A stretch of 31,007 bases of DNA, from positions 1 to 31,007 of the IMG/VR virus record IMGVR_UViG_3300020045_001157; one strand, 5' to 3'. Source of the DNA: a virus (lineage: Duplodnaviria; Caudoviricetes). Below the pieces are notes generated by a model that had not been told where the DNA came from, did no database searches, and was given only the letters and a program-made list of their open reading frames with translations. The position numbers and the translations under genes were made by a program. Positions 7,154 through 15,701 of this stretch are shown here, piece after piece. Within the stretch, counting starts at the first letter, position 1. Each line of letters starts with the position of its first letter.

Positions 7154-9352
7154 ATGAGTTACGAAGACTTTGTTAAATCAAAGAGACGATCAGAAGTCGC
7201 AACAGGTCATGCACCAGGAGAGTTAAACGAGAACTTGTTTGATTTTCAACATGCGATTGTTTCATGGGCTGTTCGTCGTGGCCGTGCTGCTATCTTTGCA
7301 GATACAGGACTTGGCAAGACATTGATGCAGCTTGCATGGGCTGATGAAGTATCAAACTTCACCAATGGGATTGTGGTTATCTTGGCGCCATTGGCGGTGT
7401 CTGAGCAGACAATCGAACAAGGTAAGGTTTTCGGTATTGAAGTAAATCGAATTCCGCAAGGAGAATCACCAACATCACCCGGCATTTGGATTACAAACTA
7501 TGAACGCATTGGCGTCTTAGACTTCACTGAATTCAGCGGAATCGTTCTCGATGAATCGTCAATCCTGAAAAGCCACAACGGTAAAACACGGACTGCGATT
7601 ATTGAATCCTGCCAGTCAATCCCGTATCGCTTAAGCTGTACGGCAACTCCAAGCCCAAATGATTTTGATGAACTTGGCAATCAGTGCGAGTTTTTAGGAG
7701 TCATGACACGCACTGAAATGCTTGCAACCTATTTCATCAATGACGCTGGCGACACGGGAACATGGATTCTAAAAGGATGGGGTCAGTCTCGATTCTGGGA
7801 GTGGATGGGTTCATGGGCTGTAGTGCTGCGTAGTCCTGCTGACATTGGCTTTGATGGCTCACGTTATGACTTGCCAAAACTGCAATATCACGAGCATGTA
7901 GTAGAGACTGATGTGGTGGGTGATGAATTGTTTTCACGCCCTGCTATGGGCCTTGCAGAGCGCCGCAAAGCACAGCGAGACAGCATTGAAGCACGCTGCC
8001 GCGCATTGGCTGACGTGGTGAATGCAGAACCAAATGAGCCGTGGCTTATCTGGACTCACTTGAATGATGAAGCTGATTTAATTGAATCAATTTTGTCTGA
8101 CTGTATCAATGTACAAGGTTCAGACTCGCCGGAAGTCAAGACTAAAAACATGATGGCTTTCACGCATGGTGAATTGCGAATCCTATGCAGTAAACCAAAG
8201 ATATGCGGATATGGTATGAATTGGCAGCACTGCGCTCGCATGGCATTCGTTGGTCTTGATGACTCATTTGAGAAGTTCTATCAAGCAGTGCGCCGCTGCT
8301 ATCGATTCGGACAAAAACGAGAAGTACAAGTCCACATTTTCACGGCTGAAAATGAAGGGCAAATTTTGCAGAATATCAAACGCAAAGAACTACAGCACCA
8401 CGAAATGAGCGTGAAAATGATTGAGCACATGAAAGACATTATGAATAAAGAACTTCAAGGTACATCGAATATTGTTGACGAGTACAAAGAAGACACGTTT
8501 AAGCGCGATAACTTCACAGTCCATATGGGTGACTGCGTGAAATGGTCGCTCAAGATGGAAGATAACAGCATTGATTATTCTGTTTTCTCACCCCCGTTTG
8601 CCGATTTATTCACATATTCCAACTCAGATCACGACATGGGAAACTGCCGTAACGATGCTGAATTTGTAACTCAGTTGAAATTCCTAATCAGTGAGCTATT
8701 CCGAGTCATCAAGCCCGGACGTAATGTATCATTCCATTGCATGAACTTGCCGACAACCAAGATGCGACAAGGCTTTATCGGATTGCGCGATTTTCGCGGC
8801 GACTTGATTCGTGCATTTCAAGATGCAGGATTCATTTACCATTCTGAGGTTTGCATTTGGAAAGACCCAGTAGTCGCAATGCAACGCACAAAGGCACTTG
8901 GGTTGCTTCACAAAACCATTCGTGAAAACAGCACCATGAGCCGCATGGGATTGCCTGATTACGTGGTGACAATGCGCAAACCGGGTGATATTGAAAACCG
9001 AGTAACGCATGGCGATGACTTGCCGGTGGCTATGTGGCAAAAATATGCAAGCCCGATCTGGGATGATATTCGCCAAGGACGAACACTAAACAAGATGCCA
9101 GCACGCGACGACAACGACCTCAAGCATATGTGCCCGTTACAGCTTGATGTCATTGAGCGGTGCATTCACCTATGGACTAATCCGGGTGACTTGATTTTCA
9201 GCCCATTTACAGGCATTGGCAGTGAAGGGTATTGCGCTGTCAAGATGGGCCGCAAGTTCGTAGGAACTGAGCTAAAACCATCGTATTTTGAACTTGCTTG
9301 CCAGAACATAGAAGACGCAGAAAAAGAGCAACAAGGACTGTTTTCAGAGTAA
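7154..9352 (+). CDS. SNF2-like SF2 helicase fused to an amino (N4-C/N6-A) DNA methyltransferase
   Basis: N-half has DTGLGKT, LDESS, TATP and QAVRRCYRFGQ. C-half has FSPPF (motif IV) before SPFTGIGSEG (motif I), the beta-class order. One open frame of 732 aa. Confidence 0.9.
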   Translation: MSYEDFVKSKRRSEVATGHAPGELNENLFDFQHAIVSWAVRRGRAAIFADTGLGKTLMQLAWADEVSNFTNGIVVILAPLAVSEQTIEQGKVFGIEVNRIPQGESPTSPGIWITNYERIGVLDFTEFSGIVLDESSILKSHNGKTRTAIIESCQSIPYRLSCTATPSPNDFDELGNQCEFLGVMTRTEMLATYFINDAGDTGTWILKGWGQSRFWEWMGSWAVVLRSPADIGFDGSRYDLPKLQYHEHVVETDVVGDELFSRPAMGLAERRKAQRDSIEARCRALADVVNAEPNEPWLIWTHLNDEADLIESILSDCINVQGSDSPEVKTKNMMAFTHGELRILCSKPKICGYGMNWQHCARMAFVGLDDSFEKFYQAVRRCYRFGQKREVQVHIFTAENEGQILQNIKRKELQHHEMSVKMIEHMKDIMNKELQGTSNIVDEYKEDTFKRDNFTVHMGDCVKWSLKMEDNSIDYSVFSPPFADLFTYSNSDHDMGNCRNDAEFVTQLKFLISELFRVIKPGRNVSFHCMNLPTTKMRQGFIGLRDFRGDLIRAFQDAGFIYHSEVCIWKDPVVAMQRTKALGLLHKTIRENSTMSRMGLPDYVVTMRKPGDIENRVTHGDDLPVAMWQKYASPIWDDIRQGRTLNKMPARDDNDLKHMCPLQLDVIERCIHLWTNPGDLIFSPFTGIGSEGYCAVKMGRKFVGTELKPSYFELACQNIEDAEKEQQGLFSE

Positions 9353-9359
9353 CATGATG

Positions 9360-9384
9360 AACCCGCCTAATCAGCGGGTTTTCT
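9360..9384 (+). terminator. intrinsic terminator-like hairpin
   Basis: AACCCGC-CTAATCA-GCGGGTT-TTCT. Confidence 0.65.
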
Positions 9385-9404
9385 ATCAACAAAAAGGACA
9401 AACA

Positions 9405-10397
9405 ATGTCACAAGACATTCAAGAGCTTATCGACGCTCACCACGAAGCCAACCAAGAAGGCCCACGCGGCCACATGGGATGTTCACAACTTGGCCATGCG
9501 TGTGACCGATATTTATGGTATTCATTTCGCTTCGCCGTGATTGAAAAGTTCCGCGGTCGCATTCTGCGATTGTTTCGCCGTGGCCAATTAGAGGAACGTA
9601 CGGTAGTTTCTGACCTTCAAAACATCGGCATGAAAATCGTCAGCACTGGCACGAATCAAAGCCGGGTAGATTTTGGATGCCATGTATCGGGGGCGATTGA
9701 TGGCATCATTGAAAGTGGCGTGCCGGGTAACTCAAAAGAAAAACACATTCTAGAGGTTAAGACAGCAAGCCTAAAGAAGTTTAAGGCAATGCAAAAAGAT
9801 GGTTTGCAAAAGGCTAACCCTACATACTGGATTCAAGTACACCTTTATATGAGTGGAAAACAGATAGACAATGCACTATTTGTGATGGTATGCAAGGACA
9901 ACGATGATCTATACATAGAGCAAGTGCCATTTAACGCTGACGTGGCTGAAAAGGCCATTAAACGCGGGCATCGCATCGTAAAATCTGACCGCGCACCAGC
10001 TGGAATTAGCACTGATTCGTCGTGGTTCGAGTGTCGCTATTGCAGTGCTCACGACCTATGCCACGGCTCAAAACTCACCAAAGAGGTTAACTGTAGAACG
10101 TGTTGCTTTAGCACCGCTATGAAAGATGGAACATGGGAATGCGCTCATTGGGAAATGACAATACCAGACTTAAATGCTCAGTTAGCTGGCTGTGATAACC
10201 ACGTTTTGCATCCAGACATGACGCCAAATTGGGAAATGGAAGTAGCTGACACTGGCGTGATCTGGCTAACCAAAGAAGGACCGATACACAACGCACCAGA
10301 AGGCTATTTAAGCCGCGAGATCGTCGCCAATTGGCAGGCGTGCGCCAGTGGCGTGCGTGAGAAGTTTAGCGAGTTTGATGCTAGGGTTGTTAAATGA
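9405..10397 (+). CDS. Cas4-like PD-(D/E)xK exonuclease
   Basis: S.LG.ACDR, IDG, LEVKT, QVHLYM, CRYC...LC plus an extra Cys cluster. Start set to the ATG at 9405 behind AAGGA. Confidence 0.85.
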   Translation: MSQDIQELIDAHHEANQEGPRGHMGCSQLGHACDRYLWYSFRFAVIEKFRGRILRLFRRGQLEERTVVSDLQNIGMKIVSTGTNQSRVDFGCHVSGAIDGIIESGVPGNSKEKHILEVKTASLKKFKAMQKDGLQKANPTYWIQVHLYMSGKQIDNALFVMVCKDNDDLYIEQVPFNADVAEKAIKRGHRIVKSDRAPAGISTDSSWFECRYCSAHDLCHGSKLTKEVNCRTCCFSTAMKDGTWECAHWEMTIPDLNAQLAGCDNHVLHPDMTPNWEMEVADTGVIWLTKEGPIHNAPEGYLSREIVANWQACASGVREKFSEFDARVVK

Positions 10398-10741
10398 ATA
10401 CAGAACTAAATAAATGCAAAATGTTGCTGAAACATGCACATGAAGAGATTGAGGAATTGAAAAAAGATGCTGCAAAAAGCGAGCGCCGTGCTGTAGCATT
10501 CAGTTCGGCACTGCATAACCACATTCTTGCAATGCAGTCAGCTACGATAGCCGCCGAGATGGATGGTAGTCGTGCTGGAATGGCTTGGATTTATAACACG
10601 TTGATAGGACCTGGAAACATGCCGGGTATTGAATACGCAAAATCAATTGGCGGAGCGCAGGCATGGTTTGATGAAAAAACAAAAGATGAGGAGATTAGGA
10701 TTGCTTCAATTTCACTGAGAATAAGCAATGAAGCTGCGTGA
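10394..10741 (+). CDS. hypothetical protein
   Basis: 115-aa ORF overlapping both neighbours. Confidence 0.7.
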   Translation: MNTELNKCKMLLKHAHEEIEELKKDAAKSERRAVAFSSALHNHILAMQSATIAAEMDGSRAGMAWIYNTLIGPGNMPGIEYAKSIGGAQAWFDEKTKDEEIRIASISLRISNEAA

Positions 10742-12386
10742 CTACCAGACAAACAGCGTAACAGCACTTTACGAATGGTTTGAAAACAACGAAACAGGAA
10801 ACCCTTGTTTATGCCTACCAGGCGGCAGCGGTAAGAGTGTGATTATCGCGGCCATTGTCAAAGATGCTTTGCAAAATTGGCCGGGTACGCGGGTATTGAT
10901 GCTTGTTCACGTCAAGGAGTTACTGGTTCAAAATTCTGAAAAAATGCGCGCTATTTGGAAAAATTGCCCAATGGGAATTTATAGCGCGGCATTGAATCGA
11001 CGTTGTGCAACAGAGCCGATCACATACGCCAGCATTGGTACGGTTGCGAAACGCGCAAAGGAATTAGGCCATATTGATATTTGCATTATTGACGAAGCTC
11101 ACTCAATATCTAATGAGGAATCAGGAAGCTATAGAAGCCTTATAAACGACCTTTTGGCCATCAATCCTCATATGCGGTGCGTAGGGCTTACCGCTTCGCC
11201 TTATCGCATTGGGCAGGGTATGTTGATTGATGGTGAAAATGCTTTATTCACCGACATCATCGAACCAGTTACGATTGTTGACCTACTTAATCAAGGTTAT
11301 TTATCACCACTTAGAAGCAAGCATACTGCGCTAACTTTATCGACTGATGGGGTTAAAAAATCAGGCGGTGACTTTATCGCTTCGCAATTGGCGCGTGTAG
11401 TTGATACTCACGACAACAATGTAATGGCAGTGAATGAAACAATAGCACGAAGCGAAGGCTGTAAAAGTTGGTTAGTGTTTTGCACCGATATTTCACACGC
11501 TGAACACGTCACTGATTTATTAAAAGAACGCGGCGTATTAGCTGAAGTGGTGCATGGAAAGCTACTTAGATCAGAGCGTGACGAACGAATCAATGGCCTT
11601 AAAAGTGGCGAGTTAACCGCATTAGTAAGCGTAGGAATTTTGACAACTGGATTCGATCACCCGGCCATTGACTTGATTGTCATGTTGCGACCAACTATGA
11701 GCCCAGGGTTGTATCTGCAATCCGCTGTTCGTGGCAGTCGTCCAGTCTATGCTCAAGGCTATGACTTAAGCACTGAGGAAGGACGTTTTGATGCTATGGC
11801 GGCAGGGCCTAAGCCCAACGGTTGCCGCGTTCTAGACTTCGCCGGTAACGTAGCCACACACGGCCCGATAACACAGATAACGCCACCAAAGCGCGTCGGT
11901 AAAGGCTCAGGAATAGCACCTACAAAGACGTGCCCCAATTGTGACGAGCTATGCCATGCAAGCGTCAGGCAATGCGATGCATGCGGACACCAGTTCCCAC
12001 CACCAGAGGAAAAGCCAAAAGAGGTATATCTCAGGTCAGAGGACATCATGGGTATCGAACCCACAGAAATGCAGGTGACAAGCTGGCAATGGAAAAAGCA
12101 CACAAGCCGTACCAGTGGCCTAGATATGCTTCAAGTCCGGTATTATGGTGGACTGTCAAACCCGGCAATTGTGGAATATCACGCAGTCAACCACACCAAC
12201 TACGCCGGTATAAAGGCCCGTCAAACGGTTGCAGATATGGCTAAAAGGGCGAGCGTAACAGTCAGCGAAGACTTAGATCAATGCGCTTTTGACCTTACCA
12301 ACGGAAAACCACCAACCATGATAAGCCACAAAAAGAACGGTAAATTTTTCAATGTGATTGATAGAGTTTGGAGCAAAACAGAATGA
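10728..12386 (+). CDS. RadD/YejH-like SF2 DNA helicase
   Basis: LRDYQ, PGGSGKS, DEAH, GLTASP, LTTGFD, RPTMSPGL, LDFAGN, CxxC-x10-CxxC zinc finger. Confidence 0.92.
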   Translation: MKLRDYQTNSVTALYEWFENNETGNPCLCLPGGSGKSVIIAAIVKDALQNWPGTRVLMLVHVKELLVQNSEKMRAIWKNCPMGIYSAALNRRCATEPITYASIGTVAKRAKELGHIDICIIDEAHSISNEESGSYRSLINDLLAINPHMRCVGLTASPYRIGQGMLIDGENALFTDIIEPVTIVDLLNQGYLSPLRSKHTALTLSTDGVKKSGGDFIASQLARVVDTHDNNVMAVNETIARSEGCKSWLVFCTDISHAEHVTDLLKERGVLAEVVHGKLLRSERDERINGLKSGELTALVSVGILTTGFDHPAIDLIVMLRPTMSPGLYLQSAVRGSRPVYAQGYDLSTEEGRFDAMAAGPKPNGCRVLDFAGNVATHGPITQITPPKRVGKGSGIAPTKTCPNCDELCHASVRQCDACGHQFPPPEEKPKEVYLRSEDIMGIEPTEMQVTSWQWKKHTSRTSGLDMLQVRYYGGLSNPAIVEYHAVNHTNYAGIKARQTVADMAKRASVTVSEDLDQCAFDLTNGKPPTMISHKKNGKFFNVIDRVWSKTE

Positions 12387-12850
12387 CCATTTACATCGGG
12401 TGTGACCCCGGACTTAACACCGGCGCGATAGGTGCGATTGACCACAATGGCGAATACATCCACTGTTTTGACATTGAGAGCAATGGTGAGCGTGTATTAC
12501 CACGGGTGTTAAAAATAGCACTTCAAGAGATTATCAGAAACCACGGAAACGATGCAGAATTCGTTATTGAAAGCGTTTTCGTACGTCCAGGACAGGGAAT
12601 GTCCAGCACTGGAAAGTTCATGAGGGCAACAGGTTGCATTGAAACCGTAGTCGATCTATTGCTCTATCCTTACGAATTTATCACCCCGCAAAAGTGGAAA
12701 AAGCACCACGGTCTAATTGGTTTAGACAAGAAGGCAAGCCTAGAACTAGCCCGATCCAAGTGGCCTACAGCCCCGCTAAAGCTGGTTAAGCACCACGGAC
12801 GTGCAGAGGCTTTGCTGATGGCGGATTGGTTACGTCACGAAAATAATTAA
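12383..12850 (+). CDS. RuvC-like Holliday junction resolvase
   Basis: IGCDPG..GAIG, VIESV, TPQKWKK, RAEALL. Start at 12383 by ATGA overlap. Confidence 0.88.
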   Translation: MTIYIGCDPGLNTGAIGAIDHNGEYIHCFDIESNGERVLPRVLKIALQEIIRNHGNDAEFVIESVFVRPGQGMSSTGKFMRATGCIETVVDLLLYPYEFITPQKWKKHHGLIGLDKKASLELARSKWPTAPLKLVKHHGRAEALLMADWLRHENN

Positions 12851-12876
12851 ACAAATGTAGCTCATATCTTTAGATA

Positions 12877-12887
12877 TGTGCTACACT
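12877..12887 (+). promoter_or_regulatory. extended -10 promoter
   Basis: TGTG-C-TACACT, overlapping the right arm of a long palindrome (12856-12885). Confidence 0.65.
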
Positions 12888-12917
12888 AGAGACATCAACA
12901 ACACGAAGGAAAACGAA

Positions 12918-13361
12918 ATGACAGACCGTGAATTATTAGAACTTGCGGCCAAGGCTGCTGGAATTGACGTAAATTGTGTTAGCTCAGATGGTGTGCACAG
13001 CTACGATACGGACGTTATTTGGAATCCACTCACTGATGATGGTGATGCGTTTCGTTTGGCTGCTATTCTAGGGCTTAGTACCCGATATGAGACTTCATTT
13101 CCTCCGGATAGCAGTGGTGGCTCGGTATATGTAAAAGCAAGGCTTGGATATCCGACTCGAACTATTGAAGTAAATCATAGCTACTGCCGAACCCTTACTA
13201 AATTCAAGCTTCGTGAAGATGAAATTAAGTTCGCAGAATATATGTGCAGACCAGAACGCGACGAAGAACGCTGGATGCCTAGCGAAGAATCAGCAACCCG
13301 ACGAGCCATCGTCCGCGCTTCCGCTGAAATAGGTAAATCAATCAACAACACGAAAGACTAA
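12918..13361 (+). CDS. hypothetical protein, paralog of 16628..16951
   Basis: MTDRELLELAAKAA...WNPLTDDGDA.RLA...TRRAIVR.SAEIGK. AAGGA RBS before the ATG at 12918. Confidence 0.85.
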   Translation: MTDRELLELAAKAAGIDVNCVSSDGVHSYDTDVIWNPLTDDGDAFRLAAILGLSTRYETSFPPDSSGGSVYVKARLGYPTRTIEVNHSYCRTLTKFKLREDEIKFAEYMCRPERDEERWMPSEESATRRAIVRASAEIGKSINNTKD

Positions 13362-13362
13362 A

Positions 13363-13572
13363 ATGGAACCAGTACAAATCCCAAACTTCACACAAGCTGA
13401 TTTTGTAGATGTGTCAACATACATCCACTCATCACCTTCCATCGGAAAAATTGTAAATATCACGCAGCGTTCTAGCTCATTGAGTTTTCAACACTCAATG
13501 ACACCGCAACAAGCCCGCGACATGGCTACAGCTTTGAATAACGCAGCCAACCAACTGGAGATGATGCTTTGA
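13363..13572 (+). CDS. hypothetical protein
   Basis: 69-aa ORF, tight packing. Confidence 0.7.
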   Translation: MEPVQIPNFTQADFVDVSTYIHSSPSIGKIVNITQRSSSLSFQHSMTPQQARDMATALNNAANQLEMML

Positions 13573-13796
13573 AATATACATACATTTTTGAAGGTGGCGA
13601 GCTTGAGTGCGAACTTGAATACGAACCAGCCGAGCGAGGCAGTCGTGAGAATGGAATGCAAATGGAGCCAGATTATCCAGAGTCTTGCACGCTGGAAACA
13701 GCAAAGCTAAACGGCATTGACATTGCGGAATTGCTTTCTAGCGATGTTGTTTCGTTAATTGAATTAGAAGCACTTAACCAACAGGAAGAATATTAA
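13569..13796 (+). CDS. acidic hypothetical protein
   Basis: TTG start with GGAG RBS. LECELEYEPAERG...MEPDYPE. Confidence 0.75.
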   Translation: MKYTYIFEGGELECELEYEPAERGSRENGMQMEPDYPESCTLETAKLNGIDIAELLSSDVVSLIELEALNQQEEY

Positions 13797-13996
13797 TGAC
13801 AGACAAAGAACAATATTTAGAAGCTTTGCGCGTGCGTCTTGAAGCCGAGGAGTTTTTAAACAAAAACCGTTGTTTTGACTGTGACAATCTCGACAAAATT
13901 AACGGCAACGTGTGCGTGTTCAATGGATCAGTACCAGACGATTACCTGTACTCACCGAATGAGTGCGATCAATACCACTTTTTAATCCCTTTTTAA
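13796..13996 (+). CDS. small Cys-containing protein
   Basis: CFDC...C...C, ends LIPF. TAATG overlap. Confidence 0.75.
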   Translation: MTDKEQYLEALRVRLEAEEFLNKNRCFDCDNLDKINGNVCVFNGSVPDDYLYSPNECDQYHFLIPF

Positions 13997-13998
13997 TC

Positions 13999-14184
13999 AT
14001 GGCAAAAAGAAACGACACTGACGCCCGTAGGATTTTTGACCAAAGCATCATGACTACGCTGATTAAACTACGTGAACAAGGCCGAACCTATCACGCCATA
14101 GCTGATGCTTTAGGCGTTGGATACACAACTGTTTATCGCGCTGTTAACAAAATTGAGTCATACAAAGAGCATAAGACTGCTTAA
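13999..14184 (+). CDS. helix-turn-helix DNA-binding protein
   Basis: LREQGRTYHAIADALGVGYTTVYRAV. Start moved to the ATG at 13999. Confidence 0.8.
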   Translation: MAKRNDTDARRIFDQSIMTTLIKLREQGRTYHAIADALGVGYTTVYRAVNKIESYKEHKTA

Positions 14185-14196
14185 AAAGGAAATGAA

Positions 14197-14439
14197 ATGA
14201 AAACATCTATCGAAGCAATGAATCAGGCTGCGAAAGGTTGTGGCGACTGTTTTCTACAGGACTGCGACTGGCCGAGTTGCGTACCGAAAGTGAAAGAAGC
14301 CATCAAACGCGAGGAAGCGCAGGGGGTGGAGCCTACTGAATTCGAGCAATGGCTGAATTCACAAAGAGGTATGCGTGTATCGGAAGTGTTCCACGAGATT
14401 GTTGCGAGAGTCACCAGCCCTGCACCAGCATCAAAATAA
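14197..14439 (+). CDS. hypothetical protein
   Basis: AAGGA RBS, CxxC-x3-C-x4-C cluster. N-terminal blocks shared with 2064..2978. Confidence 0.75.
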   Translation: MKTSIEAMNQAAKGCGDCFLQDCDWPSCVPKVKEAIKREEAQGVEPTEFEQWLNSQRGMRVSEVFHEIVARVTSPAPASK

Positions 14440-14480
14440 ACTAAACCAGTTACTCCAATTATTCGAGTAACTGAATCTGA

Positions 14481-14491
14481 TGTGCTACAAT
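14481..14491 (+). promoter_or_regulatory. extended -10 promoter
   Basis: TGTG-C-TACAAT, followed by an ATCAACAAC leader and AAGGT. Confidence 0.7.
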
Positions 14492-14521
14492 AAACAATCA
14501 ACAACAAACCAAGGTATAAAA

Positions 14522-14698
14522 ATGGAAACAACCCGTAAATTCTCACGCACGCTTGACGAAGCATTTCCTAAAACGGTGAATTACGCATCGTCAATCACAT
14601 CGTATAAGCGTATGCAATACGAGAAACTAGCTGACGTAATGCTGGCAGTTTCAATCGGTATCGGATTGGCTTACGCTGCACTGGAGTACTTTTTGTGA
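14522..14698 (+). CDS. small membrane protein
   Basis: METTRKFSRTLDEAF... with a C-terminal hydrophobic helix. Start at 14522 behind the RBS. Confidence 0.75.
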   Translation: METTRKFSRTLDEAFPKTVNYASSITSYKRMQYEKLADVMLAVSIGIGLAYAALEYFL

Positions 14699-14868
14699 GC
14701 AAAGACGCAAGCCAAAAATACCCAACACTGCGCGTTCGAGTGACGCAAGAACAATACGACAAGGCTTACCGTTTGGGCTGGCCTTCAATCGCAAAAGACT
14801 TTATCAACAACACAAAGGAACCTAAAAATGGCAACCAAAAAGAAAACACCACCGCAAATGCTAAATAA
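14695..14868 (+). CDS. possible ribbon-helix-helix protein (57 aa)
   Basis: GTG start (GTGA overlap, GGAG RBS). TLRVRVTQEQYDKAYRLGWPSIAKDFIN has an alternating beta strand followed by helices. Confidence 0.6.
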   Translation: MSKDASQKYPTLRVRVTQEQYDKAYRLGWPSIAKDFINNTKEPKNGNQKENTTANAK

Positions 14869-15037
14869 ATTCTCAGGAATTTATGACGGTGCAGAATTAA
14901 AGCGATTGGATGGGCGGCCTAATTCGATGGACGCTTACGACAAGCCAAGCATCGTAAATGGCGTGCGAATTGCTCACCGTCCAATGGTCAGCATGACTAG
15001 CAATGCGCGTACACCTTACGATTACTTTAAGGCTTGA
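14828..15037 (+). CDS. hypothetical protein
   Basis: AAGGA RBS. YDGAELKR...RPNSMDAYDKPS. Confidence 0.75.
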   Translation: MATKKKTPPQMLNKFSGIYDGAELKRLDGRPNSMDAYDKPSIVNGVRIAHRPMVSMTSNARTPYDYFKA

Positions 15038-15038
15038 T

Positions 15039-15701
15039 ATGAAAGAACAAAATATAGAGCGTGAGGCGCTGATTCACAGGATGGATGCGGTTATAAAAGC
15101 TGTAATTGGCGAGGGGTATCCGCTAATTGCATCTATTTGCCAAGAAGCCGCCGACATGCTAGCTGCTGATGCGCAAAACATTGTTGAACTGGAGAAACGG
15201 GTTGAGGCGTGTGAGTATGCAACCCACTCTATCGCACTTCACAAGCAGATTGCAGCACTCCAGGCGGAACTTGCTGATGCGCAGCAAGTGGCAGTGCCGC
15301 AGTGGGTTTTGAAAGAAGCACAGGATTTAGCTGCTTTCATGGCGCGAAAGTTTTACCAAGAAGTCACGCAGTTTGAGATTCTTGATGACATGGCGGGGGT
15401 TATTAGCCAAATGTCAAACATGGCTACAGGCTTGCAACGAGTTACTGCTACACAGACGCCAAAAATGTGGAGTGTTCCTAATCCAATAAATACCACTCGG
15501 GATTTTTCATTCTACGAAACGAAGACGTACACAGTGCCTTATTACGCCGCACCACAGCCACCACAAGCTGCATCACGGGTGCCGATGACAGATGATAAAA
15601 AATACGAAGCACTTCAATCACTGGATAATGAATCGGCATTTATTGCTGGTTTTTACAGTGGTGTAGATTGCGCCGAAACCCACCACGGTATCAAGCAATG
15701 A
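15039..15701 (+). CDS. mosaic early hypothetical protein
   Basis: Shares EAADMLAADAQ and AAPQPPQ with 2064..2978. Start moved to 15039. Confidence 0.75.
   Translation: MKEQNIEREALIHRMDAVIKAVIGEGYPLIASICQEAADMLAADAQNIVELEKRVEACEYATHSIALHKQIAALQAELADAQQVAVPQWVLKEAQDLAAFMARKFYQEVTQFEILDDMAGVISQMSNMATGLQRVTATQTPKMWSVPNPINTTRDFSFYETKTYTVPYYAAPQPPQAASRVPMTDDKKYEALQSLDNESAFIAGFYSGVDCAETHHGIKQ

Noticed and set aside
10728-12386. Helicase inactive because of PGGSGKS and QSAVRGSR deviations
   Set aside because: Catalytic GKS, DEAH and motif VI arginines are intact, so the substitutions are not evidence of inactivation
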